The notes: a model not told the origin generated them from the letters alone. Positions 25,936 to 40,090 are shown, counted from the stretch's first letter. The stretch is 64,000 bases of DNA from Mobula hypostoma (GCF_963921235.1 NC_086109.1:36086001-36150000), one strand, 5' to 3'. Made by a program: numbers and translations.

Positions 25936-27778
25936 TGTCTCAATAACTTAACAGGAGAAAATATGGCATTCTTTTCAAAAACAATTTATTAACATTTTAC
26001 CAATTCTCATGTTTTATTTCCAGGTTTGAATTTGGAGTGATTCATTTTGGAATTCAACTCAGTATACTATATAGTACGTAATTTTTTCCAAAGTAAAATC
26101 CAACACAGTTTATAATGCCGCCAAAATATTTATGAGTTCAATGGTGAAAGTGATATTAATTCTGAAAATACTGGATTCTTAGGTAGGCATCAGTTTCCTT
26201 TAGATCTAAATATAACTGTGACTTCCCTGGCCTCCATTCTGTCTGCCTTATTTCTACACCCAACACAATGTTCAGGTGACTATACATATAATCTAATTAG
26301 GCATTCAAGTCTATGTGTTGGTCTATAATCTATCCTTTAAATTTAGTTCTGAACCTAGGCTTGAGATATTTAAATTACCTCACATGGACTTTGCAACTGG
26401 TAAACTGTTAGTATACAAAGGGACTTCAAGTAAAAAAGTATATATCATATACAGTATGCGTTTGCATGCGTATACACTGCATATACTGTATATGTGGGTG
26501 CACTGCCATCTCACCTGATCCGGTCAATATGTGGGCTGAGATCCATAGCAGTGCAGTTGACACATTTGATCTAGCCAGACATTCCATTCAAGGACAATCA
26601 GAGATGAGTATTAAATATCAGCCTAATCCTGCTCATGTGAGTGAATATAGAAGGGAAAAAGGTACTTTGTCAGAGTCAGCAACAAGGATCACTGCTGGAG
26701 GTTCTCTTTGCTGGGCTATGATTACCATGATTTCTGGGTTGAATCTTAGTGCTGTAAATATTTAACCAAGCACTTCCAGTCATGAATCATGCTTAAATAA
26801 TTCCTTGTCTTGCAACAAATGACATAACATTTTGTAATATGCATTAATAGTGTTCACAGGGAAATCTGCATATGATTCTGAAGTCCATCTGTCGTTGATT
26901 ACTGCCAAGCCAACAAGTTTGTCAATTTACTGCTACTACATGTCTAACTCAACACCCATTGCAGTAACACCTCTCTAAGGTAACCACTCCCAGATGGCTC
27001 ACGGTCATTTGACCAACCTACGTCACCTTCTTATTGACTCTAGTCCAGGGCTACAATCCGTATTATTCTATGGCTTCGTGCCTTCTGGTCTTTTCAACTC
27101 CGACTGGTTCAAGCTGATCAAAATTACAGATTACTCCTCCTGCAAACCAGCCACTTTCCATAATAAACAGCTCTTGTTTGAGAATGGTCTCAGGTTTAGG
27201 AGGTTATTAGCAGAAACTCCTTGAGCCCATGTTCAATTGTTCTGATTCTGTTATCCCAGAGCAAGAATCAGTTCATACAGTTCACAATACTTTGGCTGCA
27301 AGGACGGTATCACAAAATGGCTGCCTCCATTTCTGTTTGCTGATTGTCGTTCTTTCTAGCCCACAAGCTAGTCATTAATGACAGTGGTATTGCTACACTT
27401 TAGATCCTCCTTCTCTCATCACATTTCCACCTCATCTCATGATTCCTTCTTATGTACATACTGTAGTTGGTATAAGCAATCACCTTTTACTTTCCCAATG
27501 ATCCTTACTGTTATTCTAACCCATGCCCTTCCACTTTGAGAAAACCAAAAACTGCAATCTAACTGGATAGAATTACAAGAAATGAAAGACCAGTGAAGAT
27601 GAACTAACCCTCAAGGAAGCTAACACTTCCAACAATCAGTTCAGATAATTACATAATTTTCTGTCATCTTCAGAAGAAGGATGGAGATATGACGATGGGC
27701 AAGTAGTCACTGAAGGCTGCCAGGCTGGTGATATATTAGTTTGTGTGCTGGCATTACATTGGGCCAGGGTACACACTA

Positions 27779-27932
27779 CAGGTCAACCTTCACTAATCCG
27801 ACTACCTGTAATCCGGTTCCTTCAATAATCCGGCACTGATTATGCTCAATGTGATCCATCTGTAATTCGGCACTTTCACTAATCCGGCACTCCTCCAGTC
27901 CCAATGGTGCAGGATTATTGAAGGTAGACCTG
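27779..27932. mobile_element. pogo/Tigger-type MITE (154 bp)
   Basis: TA-caggtcaaccttcactaatcc ... ggattattgaaggtagacctg-TA; internal repeats of taatccgg. Confidence 0.85.
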
Positions 27933-28019
27933 TATTTCTATTACAATTAATTCAGAGATGAGAACCCTAATTGTATAAACTACAAAAGAAATCTGATGAA
28001 TACACACAAAATACTGGAG

Positions 28020-28647
28020 GATTAGATTAGATTAGATTATGAGGACACGCAGTCCTCTTTTATTGTCATTTAGTAATGCATGCATTAAGAAATTATACAA
28101 TATTCCTCCCATGTGTTATCACAAAAACACAGGACAGACCAAGACTGAAAAACTAACAAAACCACATAATTATAACATATAGTTACAACAGTGCAACAAT
28201 ACCATAACTTGATGAAGAACAGTCCTTGGCACAGTAAAAAAGTTCAAGGTTTCTCGAAAGTCCCACATCTCACGCAAATGGGAGAAGGAAGAAAACTCTC
28301 CCAGCCATGCCCAACCACAGTCCGACTCTGAGTTGTCCGAAAACTTCGAGCTCTGATCAGTCCTCCGACACCGCGTACCAAGCACCATCTCTATCCGAAT
28401 GTTTCGACCTCAACCTCGATCGCCAGCAGCAGGCAAAGCCGGGGATTTTGGGGCCTACCCTTCGGAGATTCTCGATCGCACAGTAACAACAGCAGCGAAC
28501 CAGGCATTCCAGAAATTTCTCCAGATGTTCCTCTGCTTTTCACATCTGTCTTCATCAAATCAGAATTGTCCACAGCCCCTATTTAACAGATACGATATCA
28601 TTTCACCGGAGAGCTGCACGTACTGCGTCGCGCTGCCATCTTCTCTT
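28020..28647 (-). mobile_element. Non-autonomous element with AAGATGGC head and (CTAAT)n tail
   Basis: gccatctt at 28635-28642; (gatta)x4 at 28020-28039; CpG-rich so relatively young; no ORF. Confidence 0.7.
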
Positions 28648-28679
28648 CCCGGCCAGGCAGCATCTATGGGGAAAAAAAA

Positions 28680-28723
28680 GTACAGTCTTGCTGAAGGGTT
28701 TCAGCCCAAAATGTCGACTGTAC
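28680..28723 (+). ncRNA. Degenerate minimal hammerhead ribozyme motif at palindrome apex
   Basis: GTACAGTC-ttgctga-a-GGGT-ttca-GCCC-aaaa-tgtc-GACTGTAC: stems I and II intact, core CUGANGA/GAAA mutated. Confidence 0.55.
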
Positions 28724-28974
28724 TTCTTTTTCCATAGATGCTGTCTGACCTGCTGAGATCCTTCAGCATTCTGTATGTTTTGCTGAGATTTCCAGCATCT
28801 GAAGCTTTTCTCTTGTTAAAGAAATCTGTTGGATTTGCATGGTAATATGCCTAGTGCATTAGCAGGCCTGAAAAAAATGCTGGCAGACAACGTCAAAGAG
28901 AATCAATGAACACTGGATGGCACAGAGTTTGAGGTAGTGATCATTGGTAGTGCAAATGGATTAGTTGATTATTG

Positions 28975-29310
28975 GTATTGGTATTGGTATTTTATGGTCA
29001 CATGTACCAAGATTTTCATAAAAGGGTTGTCTTGAATACTATTTTACAGGTCAAATAATTGCACAGTACATTGAGCTAGATTATGATAAGACAATAACAA
29101 TGCAAAATAAGCTGTACAAAGTGCAGTCATGTAAACAATAAAATGGAAAGTCATAAGCAGGGAGACTGTGAGGCCTACAGTCCATCTTATTGTACAAGGG
29201 ATCCATTCAAGAGTCTGACAACGGTGGGATAGAAACTTTCTTTGAGCCTGGTGGTGGATGCTTTGAGGTTTCAGTATCGTCTGCCTTTTGTTAAGCACCT
29301 TGGTCTTCAT
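28975..29310 (-). mobile_element. Rex1-like LINE 3' fragment
   Basis: (ggtatt)n tail, gggatagaaactttctttgagcctggtggtg motif. Confidence 0.6.
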
Positions 29311-29796
29311 CCTTCATCACTTTAGCTTGTTTTATTTGCCTCCCACTCTGTGTTATATGGCACCAGGTGAGTGATGTACTTTTTATCTCAAAACTCAGTT
29401 CTATTTGGCTCCTTGCAACAAGCAATATTGCATATACATAGACCATATAGACCTTAACACAAATGAGTAGAAATTAAGTAGAAATAAGTAGAACTAGATC
29501 ACTAATTCAACAATATAGTCAAGCTCCATCTCTGTTCCATATATTGGTAACCATGACAACAACTGCATAATAACAACATGTGTAACAATCAGGTTTCTGA
29601 GAAGTAATAAAAACCAGTAGAAAGCATACAACCTTTAGGTAAGAAGCATTTGTTTAACTGAGAAGGAATTGATCAAACAGTGAGTACAACAGCATATTTC
29701 TCTTTCAATGGAACCTCCATTAACACTGACTGAGAATCTGCTGTTGGACATTTAAAAAGAAATTTTAATCTTCCAGTTTCTGACTGTGTTTCAAGC

Positions 29797-30066
29797 AGGA
29801 TGGCATGGTAGCATAGAGGTTAGGACAATGCTTTACAGTACTAGTGACCCGGGTTCATTTCCCTTCAGTGCCTGTAAGGAGTTTGTACATTCTCCCATGA
29901 CTGCATGGGTTTCCTCCAGGTGCTCTGGTTTCCTCCCACAATCTAAAGATGTACCAGCTGGTAGGTTTATTGGTCATTGTAAATAGGCTAGGATTAAATC
30001 CAGGGATTGCTAGGCAGTGCGGCTCAAGGGGCTGGAAGGCCTATTCCTCAATAAATAAAAAAAAAT
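29797..30066 (+). mobile_element. V-SINE (HE1-like)
   Basis: tRNA-like head (ggtagcatagagg...gggttcatttccc), V-domain tgggtttcctccaggtgctctggtttcctcccaca, A-rich tail. Confidence 0.8.
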
Positions 30067-31287
30067 TAAAAACATCAGAGATTGATTCCTGCCACCAGAC
30101 TGCAGGGAAATGACTGCACACAGATTACTTATTTCATAATAAAGCTGAGTGATTTTTGGTCTTCCAAATCTCGGAAGCTGCAGTGGAGTGTAAATCGGAG
30201 CTGTAACCTAACAGTTAATTTCAAAAGAGATTGAACTCTGAAATTGGATCAGCTTTCCTGATGATCTGGTCATCCAGGACATGGAGTGCTCTTCACCATG
30301 TGTCTGCTTTACAAGTTTGCCACAGGTATACAATGAAAAAAACAGTAGGCATTACACAGACAATGTATGGAAATAATAAACAGTAGTTAAAGAACATTCA
30401 TTCAATAAAGGACGTTATTTAGAGTGGGTGCTTGGTAAATGAATACGCTTTAAATTGAATAAATAAAAGGAAAGAAAGTAAGATTGTTGGAAGCCTAGAT
30501 GGTTGAAGGTATCATTAGCAGTGTTGGTGTGTGAGGCATGGAGGATACACAAGGCATAGGAAATACAACAATCCTGGTGAGTTGCAGGAGTATAGAGAAA
30601 TGGAGGCATAGGATTGAGGTAATAGAAAAGTTTGAATGCGAAGCTGAAGAGGATGTTAATACTTCGGAACTAGTACATTGGGAGCTAATGTCAATCAATA
30701 GGCATACTGGATGCTTCCCATTCACTGTTAAATTGAGTTAGGAAAATTAATTTGGTATGGTCAACCACATGTGATTTGGGGAAGAAGCAATTAGAATGGT
30801 CAAAGCCAGGGAACAACAGCCGAGAAAAGAATCTAAGCAGCACATGGGCTGAGACAAAATCAGGGATGAAGGAGTAGAAGGTTGCCTTGTTATGCCGGGA
30901 ATATTGAGTGGAAAATTAGCTGTAGGCAAAGCAGAATGATGAGGTTATGGACCGGCGTAAGGCAGAGTGAGGATTATACTGATATCACTGGACAGGAAGT
31001 ATAATTTGTTGAGGAGGGCACAATTAATGATGGTGAAGGCAATGACTTTATTTCACATTAGAGTATCTTCAAACTGTAATTGATGTTAACCAAGTGACAC
31101 CGAATTTAGCTGAGTAAAATAAAAGCTGTCTGATGGCTCCAGAGAGGGCTTTTAGTTTTGCTTTTGTATGTCTCCAGCATTAATTTAACAAGTAACAAGA
31201 ATTTTGGGAAAAAAAATCATTATATTTTTATCTACTGTTTAACATTGACATGAATTTAAAAACTTAGAAGGTAAAATGCAAGGTATT

Positions 31288-32040
31288 GAAGGAACACACA
31301 CCAGTGTTCATAGAGGGATCAGAAGTGGAAAGAGTGCTCCTGGGTGTCAATATCTCTGAGGAACTACCCTGGGCCCAACATATTGATGCAGCTACAAAGA
31401 TGACACATCAACCGTTATATTTCATTAGGAGTTTGAGGAGATTTGGTATGTCACCAAAGACACTCGAAAATGTCTACAGATGTACAATGGAGAGCATTGT
31501 AATTGGCTGCAACACCATCTGCTATGGGGAGGAGGACTACTACACAGGATTGGAATAAGCTGCTAAGAGTTGTAAACTGAGTCTGCTCCATCACAGGAAC
31601 TACCCTCCATAGTATCCAGGACATCTTCAAGGAGAGGTGCCTCAAAAAGGCAGCATTTTTCGTTAAAGGTCTCCATCACTCAGGCCATGCTTTGTTCTTA
31701 TTGCTACCATCAGGAAGGAGGTACAGAAGCCTGAAGGCACATACTCAATGATTCAAGAGCAGCTCCTACCCCTGTGCCATCCGATTTCTGAATGGAATTG
31801 AACCCATGAACACTACCTCACTACTTCAATATTTCTATTTTTTCACTTCATATTTAATTCAACTATTATATATTTATATATATGCGTGCGTGCATATGTG
31901 TGTTTGTGTGTGTGTGTGTGTATATACTAACTGTAGTTCACTTTTATCTATTATTTTGTGTTGCATTGTACTGTTGCCGCAAAGACAGCATATTTCATGA
32001 CATATGCAGATGTTATTAAATCTGATTCTGATTCTGATTT
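31288..32040 (+). mobile_element. Rex1-like LINE 3' part
   Basis: LYFIRSLRRFGMSPKTLENVYRCTMESI; (attctg)n tail; internal (TG)n at about 31897-31922. Confidence 0.85.
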
Positions 32041-32079
32041 TGACTAATAATCATTTAACAACAATCTGAATCTTGATCC

Positions 32080-32565
32080 CAATCAGATTTATTATCATTG
32101 TCTTAAGTGATGTGAAATATGTTGTTTTGTAGTAGCAGTACAACAGAAAGACATAAAATTACTATAAATGACAAAATAAATATATAGTGCAAAAAGGAAC
32201 AATGATGTAATGTTCATGGGTTCATGACCATTCAGAAATCTGATGGCAGAAGAGAAAATGTTGTTTCAGACTCATTGAGTATGGGTCTTCAAGCTCCAAT
32301 ACCTCCTCCCCATTGATAACTACAAGAAGAGGGCGCGTCCCAGATTGTGAAGGTCCACCTTGAAGCATCATCTCTTGAAGATGGTGGGGAGGGTGGTGCC
32401 TGTGATGGAGCTAGATGAATCCACAGCCCTCTGCTGTCTCTTGCAATCCTATGCATTGGAGTCTCCAAACCAGGCTGTGATGCAGCAAGCTAGAATGTTC
32501 TCCACCATACATTTGCAGAGTCTTTGGGGACATAATAAATCTCTTCATACTCCTAATGAAGTAGA
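32080..32565 (-). mobile_element. Rex1-like LINE 3' fragment
   Basis: YFIRSMKRFIMSPKTL; tail aatcagattttattatc; tail-to-tail with previous copy. Confidence 0.75.
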
Positions 32566-35195
32566 ATAGAATCCTACGGATTGACATGGAAAACATAAGC
32601 CATTAATATGAACTTTCTATTTTAAATAATGTGCCTGTATGAGCAGGAATTCATTTGACTTCAAAGGCTGAATTGCTCTGTTCTGGGAAGTAGCAAAATT
32701 ATACATTACATTAATAGTTTGGATTTCTAAACTCTAAAATTGGGTATTCCATTCATGTAATAAAAAAATAATGCAACCAGCATGTCCACGGCATAGTTTG
32801 TGATAAGAACAAGTTGTTCTATCTATACGTACAATGAGAGTAATTTGCTGAAATCACTTGTCATAAAGACTATATCAACACTGTTCTTGAAGTTTTAGTT
32901 CCTTGTGAAATTAGACTAATTTTCTTTTGACATATAATAGTTTTATTTTGGCAAGTACATTTCAGACAATATTTTTCTTATACCTAGGGTTTATTTTAGC
33001 TACTTTAAGGTAAATAATATTATTGCTCCAGATGTCTATCTGTCATTCATCTTAATGTTTGACTCGAGTTATGAAGGCTGTTGTATCATGGGTTGCTGAT
33101 ACAAAAACATCATTTTTATATAAAACTAATGGTATAAATCATAGTGAAAATACTTCAGAGATATATATTCTATGCAACAAAATTACTGCTCAGACTTTTC
33201 TTTAGATATCCACAGTATGTTAATTTGTATCATTATTAATATAGTAACAGGATGAAGAGAAAAGGGGGTAAAGATTATTACCTGAAAATGCTGGCAAGTA
33301 GGGTAATATTTATTTGCTTTTGAATTTCTATCAGATATTTTTCTTAAAGAGAATTGAAGATGTTTCAAGTGAGCTGTGATGTTGACATTATTTCTTCTGA
33401 GATCATCATGTGTTTAGTATCCTAACATGCATGAAGCCACTTGGATATAGTCAAGGGCATCCATGAGCATTCCATCAATTCCTGGACAATTTAAGATAAT
33501 GAAGAAACATGTGAAGGAGATGCCTTTTTATGACACAAGGTGTGTAACTCACGATTCTTTAGGCCATATGTGCTGCAGAATGTTGCAATAGTAGAACAGT
33601 TCCCTCAGAAAAGTTAATTGAGCTTCTATTCACTACAAATTTTCAGGCCTCCACATTCTTCCCCACTACTTTTTTTCAGGATGTACTTGGAAGCTGGCCT
33701 TTTGCAGAAAAATTACACAAAATTAATATATATATATATTGCGCAATTAAACTTAAAACATTTCTTTAACTAATTATATGATTGAATATACAATTTCATA
33801 TTACATTTCATCAGATATTTTCTGAGCTTATTTTTCTGATGTAGCCTTGTGTTCACACATATTCTGTGAAATGTAACTTCGCACGAATAAATTAGTACAC
33901 TGTAGGCATATTGACAAAAATATACAATTAATTTAACTGGGAAATAATCAGACATGCAAGATGGAGGGAGGGTTGAATGAAATGTTGTGGTTATGTGGCA
34001 CAGTGATTTTCCTGTTGTTAAGACTAGCTATGGGATTGTTGAAAGGATGTTTAAACTATAAATCAAATTGTGGTTTTTTTTATTTCCCTTTACAATTTTT
34101 TGCTAACTTCTAATTTTGTTCATTGGGAGTCTAGCATACTTTTCAGGATCTTATCTCTGGTATTCCATTTCTTTGCAAATTAACCTTGCTTATTTCAATA
34201 GCAGGTCTGCCAGTATAAGTGCAGGAGAATATGTGGAAGCTCCCTACTGAACCGCTCCTCATTAAATCCAGCTTTGGAAAACAGTTGGGAAACAGATAGC
34301 TTTCTGAAGTTCAGATGTCCTCACAGTTATCAGTTTGAAATGGAGCTGCTAGGTTTTTAGCGTCATTTCAGGTGTCTCTGAAAATACTTCCAGACATTAC
34401 ATGTTGCCCTCTCATTCAAATGATCTTACCGAGCCTAAATTTTAATCAAAGGAAAAACAGGTGCTTTGTAGCTTGGGGGCATTGACCTTGCTGTCTAATA
34501 ATCTGGTCCCCACATGACCAGTGGATCATTATAACACTGACTCTGAAATGTTATAGCCTATTCTACTATCAGATGTTTCATGAAAATGCATCTGTATATT
34601 TTAATCAAAGCTAACGAAGACTCAGGCTACAGCTTACAGTATTCTTACCACCTCACTGCTAAGCTCTCAGCCTTTACAGAGAAGTGACTGGAAAGGAAAA
34701 ATTGTTGCTTTATATAATGAGAATCAAACTTACAATTTTGATCATAAGATGAACATTATCACAAAAGGTTCCAAGTTCAATATCTCAATAAAAATAACAC
34801 ATTGAGAAATAGCATAATAACACAAAGAAGTTTTAAAAAAGACTTTGTTTCTTTGTTACTTAATGGTTATACAATTTTTGAAAAGTTCATGTATTTGCTC
34901 ACAGAGGTCACATTACTTTCTTTCATTGAAAGCAATAATTTCAAATATTAAGATTTATTACCTATCATTTTTATTGTTTGTATTTGTACTAATTTATTTA
35001 AAAATGTTATTTATAAATACCCTATGTCAGTTCATGAATGTTTTCCAATTGTTCAAAAGTTTTGAAAGTGAATCCATGCAAGCATTGACAATGTTAAATT
35101 TATTGATAGTCCAATGTAAAAATGTAACTTTAAAAATATAACATACATCGTGGTTATATTTCATTCTGATTTATCCCTTTTTACTATGATATTTT

Positions 35196-38100
35196 TAGGA
35201 GAGGGCATACAAGGAAGCAAAAAATAGTGGGAAGACAGAGGATTGGGAAGTTTTTAAAACCTTACAAAAGGAAACCAAGAAGGTCATTAAGAAGGAAAAG
35301 ACTAACTATGAAAGGAAGCTAACAAATAATATCGAAGAGGATACTAAAAGCTTTTTCAAGTATATAAAGAGTAAAAGACAGGTGAGAGTAGATATAGGAC
35401 CGATAGAAAATGACGCTGGAGAAATTGTAATGGGAGATAAGGAGATGGCAGAGGAACTGAATGAGTATTTTTCATCAGCCTTCACTGAGGAAGACAGCAG
35501 TATACCGGACACTCAAGGGTGGCAGGGAAGAGAAGTGTGCACAGTCACAATTACGACAGAGAAAGTACTCAGGAAGCTGAATAGTCTAAAGGTAGATAAA
35601 TCTCCCGGACCAGATGGAATGCACCCGCGTGTTCTGAAAGAAGTAGCTGTGGAAATTGCGGAGGCATTAGCGATGATCCTTCAAAAGTCGATAGATTCTG
35701 GCATGGTTCCGGAGGACTGGAAGATTGCAAAGGTCACTCCGCTATTTAAGAAGGGAGCAAGGAAGCAAAAAGGAAATTATAGACCTGTTAGCTTGACATC
35801 AGTGGTTGGGAAGTTGTTGGAGTCAATTGTCAAGGATAAGGTTACAGAGTACCTGGAGGCATATGACAAGATAGGCAGAACTCAGCATGGATTCCTTAAA
35901 GGAAAATCCTGCCTGACAAACCTCTAACAATTTTTTGAGGAAATTACCAGTAGGCTAGACAAGGGAGATGCAGTGGATGTTGTATATTTGGATTTTCAGA
36001 AGGCCTTTGACAAGGTGCCACACATGAGGCTACTTAACAAGATAAGAGCTCATGGAATTACGGGAAAAATACATACCTGGATAGAGCGTTGGCTGATTGG
36101 CAGGAAACAGAGAGTGGGAATAAAGGGATCCTATTCTGTTTGGCTGCCAGTTATCAGTGGTGTTCCACAGGGATCAGTGTTGGGGCCGCTTCTTTTTACA
36201 TTGTACATCAACGATTTGGATTATGGAATAGATGGCTTTGTGGCTAAGTTTGCTGATGATACGAAGATAGGTGAAGAGGCCGGTAGTGCTGAGGAAATGG
36301 AGAGTCTGCAGAGAGACTTGGATAGATTGGAAGAATGGGCAGAGAAGTGGCAAATGAAGTACAATGTTGGAAAGTGTATGGTTATGCACTTTGGCAGAAA
36401 AAATAAGTGGGCAGACTATTATTTAAATGGGGAGAGAATTCAAAGTTCGGAGATGCAACGGAACTTGGGAGTCCTCGTACAGGATACCCTTAAAGTTAAC
36501 TTCCAGGTTGAGTCAGTAGTGAAGAAGGCAAATGCAATGTTGGCATTCATTTCTAGAGGAATAGACTATAGGAGCAGGGATGTGATGTTGAGGTTCTATA
36601 AGGCACTGGTGAGACCTCACTTGGAGTACTGTGGGCAGTTTTGGTCTCCTTATTTAAGAAAGGATGTGCTGACATTGGAGAGGGTACAGAGAAGATTCAC
36701 TAGAATAATTCCGGGAATGAGAGGGTTAACATATGAGGAACGTTTGTCCACTCTTGGACTGTATTAACATAGAAACATAGAAACATAGAAAATAGGTGCA
36801 TGAGTAGGCCATTCGGCCCTTCGAGCCTGCACCTCCATTTATTATGATCATGGCTGATCCTCCAACTCAGAACCCCGCCCCAGCCTTCCCTCCATACCCC
36901 CTGACCCCCGTAGCCACAAGGGCCATACCTAACTCCCTCTTAAATATAGCCAATGAACTGACCTCAACTGTTTCCTGTGGCAGAGAATTCCACAGATTCA
37001 CCACTCTCTGTGTGAAGAAGTTTTTCCTAATCTCGGTCCTAAAAGGCTTCCCCTCTATCCTCAAACTGTGGCCCCTCGTTCTGGACCTCCCCAACATCGG
37101 GAACAATCTTCCTGCATCTAGCCTGTCCAATCCCTTTAGGATCTTATACGTTTCAATCAGATCCCCCCTCAATCTTCTAAATTCCAACGAGTACAAGCCC
37201 AGTTCATCCAGTCTTTCTTCATATGAAAGTCCTGCCATCCCAGGAATCAATCTGGTGAACCTTCTTTGTACTCCCTCTAAGGCAAGGATGTCTTTCCTCA
37301 TATTAGGGGACCAAAACAGCACAATACTCCAGGTGTGGTCTCACCAAGGCCTTGTACAACTGCAGTAGTACTTCCCTGCTCCTGTACTCGAATCCTCTTG
37401 CTATAAATGCCAGCATACCATTCGCCTTTTTCACCGCCTGCTGTACCTGCATGCCCACTTTCAATGACTGGTGTATAATGACACCCAGGTCTCGTTGCAC
37501 CTCCCCTTTTCCTAATCGGCCACCATTCAGATAATAATCTCTTTTCCTATTTTTGCCACCAAAGTGGATAACTTCACATTTATCCACATTAAATTGCATC
37601 TGCCATGAATTTGCCCACTCACCCAACCTATCCAAGTCACCCTGCATCCTCTTAGCATCCTCCTCACAGCTAACACTGCCACCCAGCTTCGTGTCATCCG
37701 CAAACTTGGAGATGCTGCATTTAATTCCCTCATCCAAGTCATTAATATATATTGTAAACAACTGGGGTCCCAGCACTGAGCCTTGCGGTACCCCACTAGT
37801 CACCACCTGCCATTCTGAAAAGGTCCCGTTTATTCCCACTCTTTGTTTCCTGTCTGCCAACCAATTCTCCACCCACACCAATACCTTACCCCCAATACCA
37901 TGTGCTTTAAGTTTGCACACTAATCTCCTGTGTGGGACCTTGTCAAAAGCCTTTTGAAAATCCAAATATACCACATCCATTGGCTCTCCCCTATCCACTC
38001 TACTAGTTACATCCTCAAAAAATTCTATGAGATTTGTCAGACATGATTTTCCTTTCACAAATCCATGCTGACTTTGTCCGATCATTTCACCGCTTTCCAA

Positions 38101-38651
38101 ATGTGCTGTTATCACATCCTTGATAACTGACTCCAGCAGTTTCCCCACCACCGACGTTAGGCTAACCGGTCTATAATTCCCCGGTTTCTCTCTCCCTCCT
38201 TTCTTAAAAAGTGGAGTTACATTAGCCACCTTGGTATTCCTTGGAGTTTAGAAGAATGAGGGGTGACCTCACAGAAACATTTTGAATATTGAAAGGCATG
38301 GACAGAGTGGATGTGGCAAAGTTGTTTCCCATGATGGGGGAGTCTAGTACGAGAGGGCATGAATTAAGGATTGAAGGGCGCCCATTCAGAACAGAAATGC
38401 GAAGAAATTTTTTTAGTCAGAGGGTGGTGAATCTGTGGAATTTATTGCCATGGGCAGTAGTGGAGGCCAAGTCATTGGGTGTATTTAAGGCAGAGATCAA
38501 TAGGTATCTGAGTAGCCAGGGCATCAAAGGTTATGGTGAGAAGGCGGGGAGTGGGACTAAATGGGAGAATGGATCAGCTCACGATAAAATGGCGGAGCAG
38601 ACTCGATGGGCGGAATGGCTGACTTCTGCTCCTTTGTCTTATGGTCTTATG
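35196..38651 (+). mobile_element. CR1 LINE (RT and 3' UTR) hosting a nested CR1
   Basis: ORFs 35382-35927, 35973-36767, 38289-38660 are colinear CR1 ORF2 pieces; tail tcttatggtcttatgg; possible TSD gatattt (35188-35194, 38652-38658). Confidence 0.93.
36766..38233 (-). mobile_element. Young CR1 LINE nested in CR1
   Basis: ORFs 37303-38229 and 36867-37322; (TTTCTATG)n tail at 36766; host reading LGLY|SLEFRR resumes at 38234 with gtatt duplicated. Confidence 0.95.
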
Positions 38652-39109
38652 GATATTTAAGTAAAAAATTATATAATTTCAAAGGATGATGATTAGCCAT
38701 CAATAACATTAAAATAATAATAAAAAGCTAGAAAAGAAAGTGGGACTTATTACACCTGCCATTCAATATGATCTTGTCTCATACAAAGTTAGCTATAATT
38801 GAATTATCACTGGCATTGCTAAATTCTGCTTGCATATCAATGATAAGAAATATAGGAGGACAAAAAGTAGCGGTGTACACAACCTATATTAAGTGTAAAT
38901 TAGGATTACTTTGACACCAAGAATGATGAAGTTTTATGTGAGTTTTATATTGGAGTTTGTGCTATCTTTGTGGATATTCCAGATGGTCCAGTATTTGCAC
39001 TTTGGGCATATTTGGAATTCGCATGAAATTTGTGTTTGAAAATGTGCCCTCAAACTTCTACTCATGTCATTTGCATATTAGAAAATAGGTAACCCCTCCT
39101 CTATTGGAT

Positions 39110-39270
39110 TTCTGAACATTCATACACCCATGAACACTTGCTCATTATTTTGCACTTTTTTTTTAATATTCCTTATGTTAATTTAAGTTTTTTTAATGTA
39201 GTGCACTGCCACAAAACAACAAATTTCATATATGTCAGTGGTAGTAAAACCTGATTCTGATTCTGATTCT
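39110..39270 (+). mobile_element. Rex1-like 3' end
   Basis: acccatgaacact ... acaacaaatttcat ... cctgattctgattctgattct tail. Confidence 0.7.
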
Positions 39271-39437
39271 AAGCAAGCGGAAACAGGCATGTTCTTAATG
39301 CAGTATATACTAAAAGGATGCTAAAATATTGCTGATATGTTTGAGAGTAGAAACTTGGTTCAATTTGATTCACATTGCTGAACTCTCACAAAAAAAGTTT
39401 AAATAAACAGAGTAATTAACACAGCACCCTTGTTTGG

Positions 39438-39604
39438 GCAGGCTGGTGGTGTAGTCACATCAGCACTGGACTTCAAGGCAGATGGTTCCGAGTTCAAATC
39501 CAGCTGGGTCCCAACCTGGGCAGCAGCAGTATTTGTGTGAAAGAAAGGCCTGGCAATCTACTTCCATATCTTGCCATGAAAACCCTATGGTCCATGAGGT
39601 CACG
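39438..39604 (+). mobile_element. tRNA-derived SINE with RTE-like tail
   Basis: A box tggtgtagtc, B box gagttcaaatcc, tail cttgccatgaaaaccctatgg...gaggtcacga. Confidence 0.6.
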
Positions 39605-40090
39605 AATCAGAATTATCACCGGCATGTGACGTGAAATTTGTTAACATAACAGCAGCAGTTCAATGCAATATATAATCTAGCAGAGAAAAAAATCATAATA
39701 AATAAAATAAAAATAATAATAATAATAATAAATAAACAAGTAAATCAATTACGTATATTGAATAGATTTTTAAAAAGTGCAAAAACAGAAATACTGTATA
39801 TTTTTAAAAAAGTGAGGTAGTGTCCAAAGATTCAACGTCCATTTAGGAATTGGATGGTAGAGGGAAAGAAGCCGTTCCTGAATTGCTGAGTGTGTGCCTT
39901 CAGGCTTCTGTATCTCCTACCTGATAGTAACAGTGGTAAAAGGGCATGCCCTGGGTGCTAGAGATCCTTAATAATCGATGCTGCCTTTCTGAGATACCGC
40001 TCCCTGAAGGTGTCCTGGGTACTTTGTAGGCTAGTGCCCAAGATGGAGCTGACTAGATTTACAACATTCTGCAGCTTCTTTCGGTCCTAT
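39605..40090 (-). mobile_element. Rex1-like LINE 3' fragment
   Basis: Matches 58420-58995 (gttcctgaattgctgagtgtgtgccttcaggcttctgta). Confidence 0.75.

Larger units (their letters stand above)
27999..28817. mobile_element. Palindromic Penelope-derived element, interrupted by insertion 28020-28647
   Basis: acacacaaaatactggag | ggccaggcagcatctatgg...ccatagatgctg; TSD aaagaaatctg(a/t)tg at 27985-27998 and 28818-28831. Confidence 0.8.
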
